From NCBI GenBank assembly GCA_963707025.1, contig CAVPOM010000004.1, positions 1 through 64,000 on the forward strand: a stretch of 64,000 bases of DNA, written 5' to 3'. This DNA is from an uncultured Verrucomicrobiae bacterium. GTDB taxonomy: Bacteria; Verrucomicrobiota; Verrucomicrobiia; Limisphaerales; Palsa-1400. Position numbers and translations under genes: made by a program. Under the pieces are notes generated by a model. That model searched no databases and was not told where the DNA came from. It was given only the letters and a program-made list of their open reading frames with translations. Shown here one piece after another: positions 21,895-31,616 of the stretch (position 1 is the stretch's first letter; every line of letters starts with the position of its first letter).

Positions 21895-22923
21895 ATGAAA
21901 GCCGTTCAACTCATGGCGCATGGCGCGCCGGGCCAGTTGGTGTGCCGCGAGGTGGCCGATCCAGTGGCCGCGCCCGGCGAGGTGGTGGTGCGGGTCCGGG
22001 CCTGCGGGCTGAACCGGCTGGATCTCTGGCTGGAGGAAGGCAGCCTGCCCGGCGCGCCGCCGCTGCCGCGCATTCCGGGCGGCGAGGTTGCCGGCGAAAT
22101 CATCGCGCTCGGCCCCGATGTGGCCCAGTGGCGCATTGGAGATCGCGTGGCGGTGCAATCCAATTTGTTCTGCGGGGAATGCGAATTTTGCAAGCGCGGC
22201 GAGGAGTCTCTCTGCCTGAAGGGCCGGCTGCTGGGGGTGCATCGGGATGGCGGATTCGCCGAAAAGGTCAGTGTGCCGGAGCGGGCGCTGGTTAGAATGC
22301 CGGACGGGGTTGATTTTGAGACCTCGGCCGCACTGACCCTGGCCAGCAGCACCGCCATGCATATGCTGACCCAACGGGCGCAGGTCCGGATCGGCGACTG
22401 GGTGCTGGTGATCGGCGGCGCCAGCGGCGTCGGGGCTGGCGCGATTCAGATAGCAAAACACCTGGGGGCCCGCGTCATCAGCACCGGCTCGACCGTCGCC
22501 AAACGAAATTTTGCCACGGGGCTGGGAGCGGATTACGTGGTGGACCCGGGCCCCACCGATTGGCCGGCGGAAGTCCGCCGGATAACCGGCAAACGCGGGG
22601 TGGATTTGGTGGTCGAGCATGTGGGGGGCGAGGTGCTGGCCAAATGCTTCGACTGTTTGGCGCGCGGCGGAACCATTGTCACCTGCGGCGCGACGGCGGG
22701 ACGCGAAGTGCCGCTGAAGCTCTGGCCCTTTTTCGTCAAGGAACAGAAGCTGGTTGGCAGCTATGGGCGGCACCGCGAGGACATTTTGGCGGTGCTGCAA
22801 TGGGCCGCGGGCGGCAAGCTCAAGGCCGCCATTGGCGGAATTTACCCGCTGGCCGGGACCCGCGCCGCCTTCGACGCCCTGCGCCGGCGCCAGGTCATGG
22901 GCAAGCTCATCATCAAGCCTTAG
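21895..22923 (+). CDS. Zinc-binding MDR dehydrogenase/quinone oxidoreductase
   Basis: CGLNRLD, structural Zn motif CGECEFC...C, GASGVG, GKLII. Confidence 0.9.
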   Translation: MKAVQLMAHGAPGQLVCREVADPVAAPGEVVVRVRACGLNRLDLWLEEGSLPGAPPLPRIPGGEVAGEIIALGPDVAQWRIGDRVAVQSNLFCGECEFCKRGEESLCLKGRLLGVHRDGGFAEKVSVPERALVRMPDGVDFETSAALTLASSTAMHMLTQRAQVRIGDWVLVIGGASGVGAGAIQIAKHLGARVISTGSTVAKRNFATGLGADYVVDPGPTDWPAEVRRITGKRGVDLVVEHVGGEVLAKCFDCLARGGTIVTCGATAGREVPLKLWPFFVKEQKLVGSYGRHREDILAVLQWAAGGKLKAAIGGIYPLAGTRAAFDALRRRQVMGKLIIKP

Positions 22924-22968
22924 AAAAACAAAGTTGACGCGCAGGGCTTTGTTGGGCAAAGTTCGTTC

Positions 22969-23601
22969 ATGCAAACTGATTGGGCCTCGGAAAACCTGCA
23001 AGTCATTCGCACTTTGATGGAGCGGTCCGCCCTGTATCGCCGCGCGCTCGCGCCGGTCATGGGCGTGGTGGGGGTGACCGGCCTGGCCGCCGGCGCGGTC
23101 GGGGCGGCCCTGCGCTTTGAATCGTCGCGCCTGTTTGCGGCGTATTGGGCCGCGGTCGCGCTGGTCTGTTTGACGGAAGCGTTCCTGCTGATCCGGCGTC
23201 AGGCGGTCAAGGCACTGGAGCCTTTTTGGTCGCCGCCGACACGCCGGGTGGCGCAAGCCGTCGCGCCGGCTTTTTTCGTGGGTTTGGCGGCGGGAATTGT
23301 GTTTTTCATCGTGGACACCGATGAACGCGATGATGTGCTGGCCCTCGTCGTCATCTGGTTGGCCCTTTACGGATTGGCCATGCATGCGGCCGGGTTTTTC
23401 ATGCCGCGAGGAATTCGCCTGTTCGCCTGGGGATTTATTTTATGCGCGGTGGCCGTTCTTGCCAGCATGATATGCTTTGATGGCTTGCCGGACTTGCCCT
23501 GGGCCAACCCCAGTGTCGCCATGGGCGCATTTTTTGGCGGAGGCCACCTGGCCTGCGGCATTTATCTTTACTTCACGGAAAAGCGCGGAAATGTTGCGTG
23601 A
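22969..23601 (+). CDS. Integral membrane protein cotranscribed with a winged-helix regulator
   Basis: About 6 hydrophobic segments; ENL..IR.LMERS N-terminus; overlaps the next gene (GTGA). Confidence 0.8.
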   Translation: MQTDWASENLQVIRTLMERSALYRRALAPVMGVVGVTGLAAGAVGAALRFESSRLFAAYWAAVALVCLTEAFLLIRRQAVKALEPFWSPPTRRVAQAVAPAFFVGLAAGIVFFIVDTDERDDVLALVVIWLALYGLAMHAAGFFMPRGIRLFAWGFILCAVAVLASMICFDGLPDLPWANPSVAMGAFFGGGHLACGIYLYFTEKRGNVA

Positions 23602-23906
23602 ACACAAAACCGTTTCTTCAGCTCGACCGCGTGATTCACGAGAAGGGGCGCCTGCCCATCGTGTCGCTGCTGGCGGCCTCGGCGGAGCTGTCCTTCACCG
23701 AACTGCGTGACACGCTGCAGATGACCGATGGCAACTTGAGCATGCACATCAAAACCTTGCAGGAAGCGGGGTTCGTTTCCGTCGCCAAGTCGTTTCGACG
23801 GCGGCGTCCGCTGACCACCTGCGCGCTGACGCCGGCCGGGCGGAAAGCGTTCGCGGCCTACATTGACTTGCTGGAGGAAATTGTCCTGCAGGCGCGGCAG
23901 AAATAA
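23598..23906 (+). CDS. Winged-helix transcriptional regulator (HTH_34/MarR-like)
   Basis: LDRVIHEKGRL, FTELRDTL.MTDGNLS.H...L.EAG, LT..GR.AF. Confidence 0.9.
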   Translation: MNTKPFLQLDRVIHEKGRLPIVSLLAASAELSFTELRDTLQMTDGNLSMHIKTLQEAGFVSVAKSFRRRRPLTTCALTPAGRKAFAAYIDLLEEIVLQARQK

Positions 23907-23956
23907 TAATTGCACAAAGATTGAACATTATTCCGGGAAGGGCGTCCTATTACTTT

Positions 23957-24901
23957 GTGATACAAAGTGAATGCGAAAAAAGTCCGCCGCCGGCGCGCGC
24001 CCTCCGCATCCTCCGGGCGGCCCACCTGGGCATGTGTTTCGGAGTGCGCGACGCCATTGCCCTGGCGCGCGCCCAGGACCGCTCGCCGCCGCTGACCATT
24101 TTGGGCGAGCTGGTGCATAACGAAACGGTGCTGGCCGGCTTGCGCGCCCGCGGCATCCGCATGGAGGACCGCGTCGAGAATGTCCGCACGCCGTCGGTCA
24201 TGATCACCGCGCATGGCGCGCCGGACAAGACCTTGCAGGCCCTGCAGGAGCGCGGGCTGCGCGTGCTGGAAGCGACTTGTCCGCTGGTTCATTACGCCCA
24301 TCGGGCGGTGAAAACGCTGATCCGGGAAAATTTTCACCCCGTCATCATCGGCCAGCGCGGGCATGTGGAGGTGCGCGGGTTGACGCAGGACTTGGCGGAA
24401 TTTGACGTGATCCTGACGGAGGAGGACACGCTGCAACTGGCGGAGCGCCCCCGGTTTGGCGTCGCCGCCCAGACCACCCAACCGATTGACCGGGTCCGTC
24501 ATTTGGTGGGAGTGATGCGCCACCGTTTCCCGCGCTCCGAAATCCGCTTCCTGGACACTGTTTGCCAGCCGACCAAGCAACGGCAGGCGGCGGCGCTGGA
24601 GGTGGCGCGGCAGGCCGATGTGGTGATTGTAGTTGGCGGGGAGCACAGCAACAACACGCGGGAATTGGCGGCCACTTGCCGCCGGTTTTGCCCCCGGGTG
24701 CATCAGGTGGCGGACGCGAGCGGCTTGTGCGCGGACTGGATGATGGATGTGGAAACGGTGGGGCTGACCGCCGGCACTTCCACCCCTGACCACGTCATTG
24801 ATGAAGTGGAATTGCGCCTGCGCGCCCTGGGCGGCACCTGTGGTGAGGGGCAGGAGAAGGGAGCCGGCTGGTTTTCCGGCGAAAACCATGTTGCGCGATG
24901 A
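23957..24901 (+). CDS. ispH: 4-hydroxy-3-methylbut-2-enyl diphosphate reductase
   Basis: GMCFGVRDA, LVHN, TAHG, ATCPLV, H.EV.G, QTT, DTVC, SNNT, TAGTSTPD; start uncertain (in-frame GTG 23957 used). Confidence 0.93.
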   Translation: MIQSECEKSPPPARALRILRAAHLGMCFGVRDAIALARAQDRSPPLTILGELVHNETVLAGLRARGIRMEDRVENVRTPSVMITAHGAPDKTLQALQERGLRVLEATCPLVHYAHRAVKTLIRENFHPVIIGQRGHVEVRGLTQDLAEFDVILTEEDTLQLAERPRFGVAAQTTQPIDRVRHLVGVMRHRFPRSEIRFLDTVCQPTKQRQAAALEVARQADVVIVVGGEHSNNTRELAATCRRFCPRVHQVADASGLCADWMMDVETVGLTAGTSTPDHVIDEVELRLRALGGTCGEGQEKGAGWFSGENHVAR

Positions 24902-24908
24902 CTAACGA

Positions 24909-26513
24909 TCAAGGCAGGTTATGCCCCGGGATGGAGCAGCGCGCTTTCTCGCCCACCGAGCCGATGGTGTAGGTGCCGCCCTGCGGACAGACGAAGAATT
25001 GGCCGTTTGGGCCGCGACCCAGATAGGGCAGGAGGTCTTGTTCGGTGGGCGTGTCGGCATTCTTTTTGTTGTTGTCCGCCGCCCACATTTTTTTGGCGAG
25101 TTCGATCTGCCTGAGATTGTTGACACAACTGATGTTTTGCGCCCTGGCCTTGGCTTTGGCGAGAGCGGGGAGAAGCATGGCGGCCATCACCGCGACTCCT
25201 CCGGCGGCGGCCGGAAGAAGCATCGCACCGGCGGATTGATTGCCGTTGCCGAAGGCCTCCCATCCTTCCGGGCCGTTGGCGCTGACGGAGTAGGCCAACG
25301 CGACCGAGTTGGAGGCCATCATGTCGCGCACGGTTTTTGAAATGACCTGCTCCTCCGAGCCGGTTTGGGCGGCGAGCATCCCCTGCATGGCCTGGGTGAA
25401 CGACTTGCCAAATTTTTGGCTGATCAGGGTAAAATTATTGCCTTCGTTCGGGATGGCCTGCGAGAGTTTTTTGAATTCGGCGGTGGATTTGTAACCGCTC
25501 TTCTTCCCCGACTGCACGGCCATGATGTCCTGGAGCAGACCGTCCGAGGAGGTCAGGAACAGATAATCTCCGCTGCGCGCCAGGGTGGGCCGCAGAGGCA
25601 CGGGGAGGGGAATGGGCATGCCGACACTGATGGTTTTGACGCCGCCCAGTTCGGTTTTGGCGACCATGGGGTTGCCAATCATGAGTTGGTCAATCCGGTT
25701 GTAGATGGCATCATTTTTCACCTTGATATAAAAGGCCAGGCCCGGTTCGGGGATTTGCAGCGGGCTGGCGGGAATGGGCAGGGTGACTGGTTTGGATTCG
25801 TCCAGGGTGAACATCACGCCGTAACCGCCGCCCAGTGAGTTGAGCAAATCATCAAAGCTGATGCCCGCCGCCGCCTTGAATTTGTCCGGGAATTGCGCCA
25901 GTCCTTGGTCCACCTCCGGCAGGTGGAGTTGCTTGAGTTCCTTTTGAATGGTCTTCCAGAGCAGCGGAATATCCAGGTCGGCGTAGGCGGCGAAGGCGGT
26001 GTTTTCCGGCAGCAAATCCAATTCCTTGAGCGGATGGGCCTCTTTGCCAAAGGCCGACCACATCAGGCCGTCGTTCTCGCCCTCATAATGGTGGACGATG
26101 ACTTTGCTGTAATAGAAGCCCGCCTCGCGCGCAATCGAACTGGCGCCGACGCCGCTGATGTGTTCAATGCCGCTGTCTTTGACCAGGTTGTCAATCACTT
26201 GAAAGACCCGGGCGATGCCCTCGCGCCCCATCGGCGGGGCGGCCGGCATCTGGGAGAAGACGTTGCTGTAAATGGCGATCTTTTTGGACAAGCTGCTCAA
26301 GGCCTTCTCGGTGCTGAGGTAAAGGTAGAAGCTGCCCCCTTTGTCGAGCTTGCCCGTGACCTGGTCGAAGCTGGTCTTTTCGGCGGAAGCGACGGCTCCG
26401 CCCCCGCCGGTTTTGGGCGGAACGGAAGCGACGTTTGGCTTGCAACCGGCGAAGAAGGCAACGCCGGCGATAAGCAGGGGAATTGGGACCAGTTTGAACA
26501 GGCGGTTATTCAT
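24909..26513 (-). CDS. Lipoprotein with C-terminal pilin-like domain (paralog 1)
   Basis: Lipobox FFAGC; C-terminal MAAMLLPALAKAKARAQ..SCVNNLRQI...CPQGGTY...C.IPGH. Confidence 0.8.
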   Translation of the reverse strand: MNNRLFKLVPIPLLIAGVAFFAGCKPNVASVPPKTGGGGAVASAEKTSFDQVTGKLDKGGSFYLYLSTEKALSSLSKKIAIYSNVFSQMPAAPPMGREGIARVFQVIDNLVKDSGIEHISGVGASSIAREAGFYYSKVIVHHYEGENDGLMWSAFGKEAHPLKELDLLPENTAFAAYADLDIPLLWKTIQKELKQLHLPEVDQGLAQFPDKFKAAAGISFDDLLNSLGGGYGVMFTLDESKPVTLPIPASPLQIPEPGLAFYIKVKNDAIYNRIDQLMIGNPMVAKTELGGVKTISVGMPIPLPVPLRPTLARSGDYLFLTSSDGLLQDIMAVQSGKKSGYKSTAEFKKLSQAIPNEGNNFTLISQKFGKSFTQAMQGMLAAQTGSEEQVISKTVRDMMASNSVALAYSVSANGPEGWEAFGNGNQSAGAMLLPAAAGGVAVMAAMLLPALAKAKARAQNISCVNNLRQIELAKKMWAADNNKKNADTPTEQDLLPYLGRGPNGQFFVCPQGGTYTIGSVGEKARCSIPGHNLP

Positions 26514-26638
26514 GGTTGTTCCTTCAGTCAAATAATTACCTTGCATCATCCAACCCTGGCGCGCCCGGAAAGGCGAGCACAAAGTCAGGCTGCTTTTTCA
26601 TGGATCAGAGCATGTTTCCTGCTCCCGGCCCGGCCAGC

Positions 26639-28264
26639 TCAAGGCAGGACATGCCCCGGGATGGTGCAGCGCGGCCTTTCGTTGATGGCGCCGATAATGT
26701 AGGTGCCGCCCTGCGGGCAGACCGGGAATTCTCCGGCGGGTCCGCGACCCATATAGGGGGTGATGTCTTGCGCGGTGGGCGTGTCGGTGTTTTGTTTGTG
26801 ATGTTCCAAGGCCCACTGCTGTTTGGCGCCGTCTATCATTCTGAGATTGGCGATGCAGGCGTTTTGTTGCGAGACTCCGGCGTTCTGTTGGGCCATTGCC
26901 CTGGCCCTGACGAAATTAGGGATGGCAATGGCGGCCAGCAACCCGCCCACGGCGACGGCGGGAAGAAGCACCGCGGCGCTGGCCAGGGATTTATTGCCGT
27001 TGCCGAAAGATTCCCATCCTTCCGGGCCGTTGGCGCTGACGGAGTAGGCCAACGCGACCGAGTTGGCGGCCATCATGTCTTGCAAGACTTTGGCCTGGCC
27101 GCCCATCCTGCCGGCCTGGGCGCCGACCATCCCTTGCATGGCCTCGGTGAACGACTTGCCAAACTTGGCGCTGACCAGCGAGAAACTGTTGCCTTGATCG
27201 GGAATGCCCTGCGAGAGTTTTTTGAATTCAGCGGTGGATTTGTAACCGCTCTTCTTTCCCGACTGCACCGCCATGATGTCCTGGAGCAGACCGTCCGAGG
27301 AGGTCAGGAACAGATAATCTCCGCTGCGCGCCAGGGTGGGGCGCAGAGGGACGGGGAGGGGAATGGGGATGGCCACACTGATGGTCTTGACGCCGCCCAG
27401 TTCGGTTTTGGCGACCATGGGGTTGCCAATCATGAGTTGGTCAATGCGGGTGTAGATGGCATCATTTTTCACCTTGATATAAAAGGCCAGGCCCGGTTCG
27501 GGGATTTGCATCGGGCTGGTGGGAATGGGCAGGGTGACTTGTTTGGCTTGGTCCAGGGTAAAAATAACGCCGTAACCGCCGCCCAGTGAGTTGAGCAAAT
27601 CATCAAAGCTGATGCCCGCCGCCGCCTTGAATTTGTCCGGGAATTGCGCCAGTCCTTGGTCCACCTCCGGCAGGTGGAGTTGCTTGAGTTCCTTTTGAAT
27701 GGTTTTCCAGAGCAGCGGAATATCCAGGTCGGCGTAGGCGGCGAAGGCGGTGTTTTCCGGCAGCAGATCCAACTCCTTGAGCGGATGGGCCTCTTTGCCA
27801 AAGGCCGTCCACATCACCCCGTCGCTCTCGCCCGCATAATGGTGGATGATGGCCCGGTTGTAATAGAAGTCCGGCTCGCGCGCAATCGAACTGGCGCCGA
27901 CGCCGCTGATGTGTTCAATGCCGCTGTCTTTGACCAGGTTGTCAATCACTTGAAAGATCCGGGCGATGCCCTCGCGCCCCATCGGCGGGGCGGCCGGCAT
28001 CTGGGTGAAGAGGTTGCTGTAGGTGGCGATGCTTTTGGACAAGCTGCTCAAGGCCTTCTCGGTGCTGAGGTAAAGGTAGAAGTTGCCTCCTTTGTCCAGC
28101 TTGGCCGTGACCTCGTCAAAACTGTTCTTCTCGGCGGAAGTGATGGCCCCGCCCGCGCTGGTTTTGGGCGCGACGCCAGGGTTGTTGGGTTTGCAACCGG
28201 CACAGAGGGCCACGGCGGCGCTGAGCAGGGGTATGGAGACGAGTTTTAATATGCGGTTTTTCAT
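26639..28264 (-). CDS. Lipoprotein with C-terminal pilin-like domain (paralog 2)
   Basis: Lipobox LCAGC; C-terminal LLAAIAIPNFVRAR...ACIANLRMIDGAKQQWA...CPQGGTY; central region nearly identical to paralog 1. Confidence 0.8.
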   Translation of the reverse strand: MKNRILKLVSIPLLSAAVALCAGCKPNNPGVAPKTSAGGAITSAEKNSFDEVTAKLDKGGNFYLYLSTEKALSSLSKSIATYSNLFTQMPAAPPMGREGIARIFQVIDNLVKDSGIEHISGVGASSIAREPDFYYNRAIIHHYAGESDGVMWTAFGKEAHPLKELDLLPENTAFAAYADLDIPLLWKTIQKELKQLHLPEVDQGLAQFPDKFKAAAGISFDDLLNSLGGGYGVIFTLDQAKQVTLPIPTSPMQIPEPGLAFYIKVKNDAIYTRIDQLMIGNPMVAKTELGGVKTISVAIPIPLPVPLRPTLARSGDYLFLTSSDGLLQDIMAVQSGKKSGYKSTAEFKKLSQGIPDQGNSFSLVSAKFGKSFTEAMQGMVGAQAGRMGGQAKVLQDMMAANSVALAYSVSANGPEGWESFGNGNKSLASAAVLLPAVAVGGLLAAIAIPNFVRARAMAQQNAGVSQQNACIANLRMIDGAKQQWALEHHKQNTDTPTAQDITPYMGRGPAGEFPVCPQGGTYIIGAINERPRCTIPGHVLP

Positions 28265-28390
28265 GGTTGTTGCTTAAGTCAAATAGTTACCTTCCGCCAG
28301 CAAACCCTGTTTGGCCCCGAAAGGCGAGCACAAAATGGCGCTGCTTTTGTAATTGACCGCTGAACGGTTCCTGCTGGCGGGCCTGGGGTT

Positions 28391-30354
28391 TCATTGGACG
28401 CGGCCGAATTTTTTTTCCAGTTCGCGGAAATTCATTTCGATCAGGGTGGGGCGGCCATGCGGACAGGTATAGGGCATGGCGCAATGGCGCAAATCCTGGA
28501 TCAAGTTCTCCAACTCCGGGCGGGCCAGCGGATCATGGGCCTTGACGGCGTGGCGGCAGACCGTCTTGGCCACGGTCTGCTCGCCCAGGCGCAGGGTGTT
28601 GACGGCCTGGCCGGCCGCCTTGAGCTCATCCACCAGCGTCAGAACAAAGCGGCGGGGATCGCTCGCCTTGACAAAAGGAGGGAGGGCGTCGAGCAAGAAG
28701 GTGCGTTCGCCAAACTCGCTCAAACCGACCCCCAAACGGGTGAGGGTGGGGAGTTGCTGGCGCAGAAAATGGGCGTCGCGCACGGGCAACTCCACCGTTT
28801 CGGGCAGGAGCAGGCGTTGGGAGGGGGCGGCGGCGGCTTCCTCCAGCCGCCGCAGCATTTGTTCAAACAGAACCCGTTCATGGGCGGCGTGCTGATCCAG
28901 CAAGACCAGGCCGCGATCAGATTCGAGCACCACGTAAAGGCGGCCGATGACCCCCACCAGACGCAAGGGCACTTGCAGGAGCGGGACGGGGGCATTTTGG
29001 ATTGCGGCTGGCGGCTGGTGGATGGCGGATTGTCCGGCAGGCGGAGAGTCTGTGGAGGCGTGGCCCGATGGCGGAATTTGCACGGCGGCGGGCGGGTGGC
29101 GGATGGCGGATTGGCCGGCCGGGGAGACGCTGTCGAGCCGTGAGTCGGCGGCGGAATTTGCATGGCGGCGGGCGGGACCGGTGGCGGCGGGGCGAGTTTT
29201 GGAAAATCCGGCTGGTCCGGCGCGGGCGGGAGGAGGGGAACGGATTGGGCGGCCGGACGGGGCGCCGCCTTTTTGGGCGGGGCGTGGAAATGTAAAAGCG
29301 TTTCCCGAATGGCCTGGGCCAGCAATTGGCGCACGGCCTTTTCGCGATGGAATTTCACCTCGCGCTTGGCCGGGTGGATGTTCACGTCCACCTCCGCCGG
29401 ATTGACTTCCAGAAACAGGCAGCAAACCGGATAGCGGTCTTTCATCAAGGCGGTGTGATAGCCCTCGAGCAAGGCAAAATTAATCCCGCGATTTTCCACC
29501 GGCCGCCGGTTGACGAAGACATGCTGCTCCGCCCGGCTGGAGCGCGAGACGCCCGGCGCGCCCATCAATCCCCAGACGCGCAGCGGCTGCGGCGGGATGA
29601 GGCTGGCCGGCCCGGCGGTGCCGCCGGGTTGATCGGGCGGGGCGGGCAACTCGGCGGTAAAATCAACGGCCAAAAGCCCCGCTTCGCCGCCGGGCAGCGC
29701 CCCCCAGCGTTCGCGCAAGGCGGCCAGCCGGTCTTGCTGGCGCACGGCGGGCAATTGCCAGACCAGGCGGGCGTCTTTGACAAATTCCATGGCCACTTCC
29801 GGGAAGGCCAGCGCGGCCAGGGTGAGGTAATGCTGGATGTGGGCCGACTCGGTTTCATCGGCGCGCATGAATTTGCGGCGGGCGGGCAAATTGAAGAACA
29901 ATTGGCGGACTTCAATGCAAGTGCCGGGAGCGCTACCGCAACCCTTGACGGCGATGATTTTCCCCCCGTGGACCAGGATCTCGGTGCCTTCGGGCGCGGG
30001 GCTGTCGCGCTCGCGGGTGGCCAGGGTGAAACGGCTGACGCTGGCGATGCTGGGCAGGGCCTCGCCGCGAAAACCCATCGTGCTGATGGCGCTCAGATCC
30101 TCGGCCCGCTGGATTTTACTGGTGGCGTGGCGTTCCAGGCTGAGCAGGGCGTCGTCGCGGCTCATGCCCAGGCCGTCGTCGGTGACGCGGATGAGGCTGC
30201 GGCCGCCGGCGTGAATTTCGACGGCCAGCCGGGTGGCTTGGGCGTCGAGGGAATTTTCCACCAATTCCTTGACGACGCTGGCCGGGCGTTCCACCACTTC
30301 GCCCGCGGCGATTTGGTTGGCCACCTGCTCCGACAATAAACGAATGCGGTTCAT
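28391..30354 (-). CDS. mutL: DNA mismatch repair protein MutL; apparent 1-nt frameshift in the linker near 29122
   Basis: N-terminal IAAGEVVERPASVVKELVENSLDA, GFRGEAL, DVNIHPAKREV; C-terminal DQHAAHER and CPHGRP in a second frame; the shift falls in a C4 run. Confidence 0.95.
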
Positions 30355-30430
30355 GGAGACTGCCGGCAAGCCGGTCCGTCCTGCGCGCCCATCATCCTGC
30401 TTTTTCCCGCGGCCTTCCGGCCGGCCGGTT

Positions 30431-31546
30431 TCAAAGGGCCGGTGTCCTGGCAGCCGGCAAGGTGAAGCCAAAAACGGCGCCGCCCTCGGGCGCGTTTCTG
30501 GCAAAAATGGCGCCTTGATGGTCCTGAATAATTCTTTTGCATATCGCCAGCCCCAAACCGGTGCCGCTGGCCTTGCCGAAAGTGGCAAAAGCCTGGAAAA
30601 GACGGTCCCGCATTTGCGGCGCAATCCCCTGGCCCGTGTCGTGCATTTCCGTCACCACCGCCTGCTGGCTGTCGATGCTGAAAGTCAACCGGACCTTGCC
30701 CCCGCCCGGCATGGCATCGGCGGCGTTGCCGATAAAATTATGAAAGACGCGCGCCAGCCGTTGCGGATTGATCTGCACCGGCACGGCGGGGGGCTGGTTG
30801 ACCAGCTCCAGCGTCACCGATTTGAGGGCGGCCTCCTGCCGGATCTCTTCGAGCAATGGCAGGACAAAGGCGCGGTAATCCACCCGGGCCGGCACCTCGC
30901 TGGCATGCGAGCCTTGGACGAACTCCAGCAGTTCACTGACCATGTTACTGATGCGCTCGACCTGCTTGCGAATGCGCCCTCTGGAAAGCTGGCGCGATTC
31001 CGGGGTGGCGGAAGGCATGCAAGTCATGTCGGCGGAGATGCCGATGGTATTGAGGGGATTCTTTAAATCATGCGCAATGGAACTGGCAAAGCGGCCCACC
31101 AGCGACAGCCGTTCGGCCTCCAGCACCTCCCTGATATATTTTTCATTGAAATCCCGGATGCGCTTGCTGTTGTCCACCAGAATCGCCACCGCCAGCCGGG
31201 GCGTCTGGTCCAGCAGTTCCAGCAAATCCGGCCGGGCAATGAAATAAACGGCGGCCGGTCCCTCGGCCACCGCGCTCAACGAGCGCGGATTATCATCCAG
31301 GACCGCCATCTCGCCAAAAAGATCACCCTCCGCCGCCTGCGACAGAGGGCGGGCCTCGCTCTGCCCCACCACTTTGGTCAGGTTAACCAGTCCGTTCTTG
31401 ACCACGTAAATGCCGTCGCCGGGGTCGCCTTCCTTGAAGATGGGTTCATTGGGCGCATAAGACCGTTCCTGTGTCACCTGGCGCACCTTGGCCAGGTCGG
31501 CTGGCAGCAGGCGAGAAAAAAGCTTGGTGGATTCCAACGGCACCAT
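30431..31546 (-). CDS. cNMP-binding-domain sensor histidine kinase
   Basis: IFKEGDPGD...FGEMAVL...RS (cNMP domain); IAHDLKNPL H-box; DTGQGI, GTGLGL. Confidence 0.92.
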   Translation of the reverse strand: MVPLESTKLFSRLLPADLAKVRQVTQERSYAPNEPIFKEGDPGDGIYVVKNGLVNLTKVVGQSEARPLSQAAEGDLFGEMAVLDDNPRSLSAVAEGPAAVYFIARPDLLELLDQTPRLAVAILVDNSKRIRDFNEKYIREVLEAERLSLVGRFASSIAHDLKNPLNTIGISADMTCMPSATPESRQLSRGRIRKQVERISNMVSELLEFVQGSHASEVPARVDYRAFVLPLLEEIRQEAALKSVTLELVNQPPAVPVQINPQRLARVFHNFIGNAADAMPGGGKVRLTFSIDSQQAVVTEMHDTGQGIAPQMRDRLFQAFATFGKASGTGLGLAICKRIIQDHQGAIFARNAPEGGAVFGFTLPAARTPAL

Positions 31547-31616
31547 GTCCGCAGTTTAGGCGGGAAAGCGGGAAGGTAAAGAAAAAGCTGGGCGCAAAAA
31601 GTTTGCCGGGAACACA

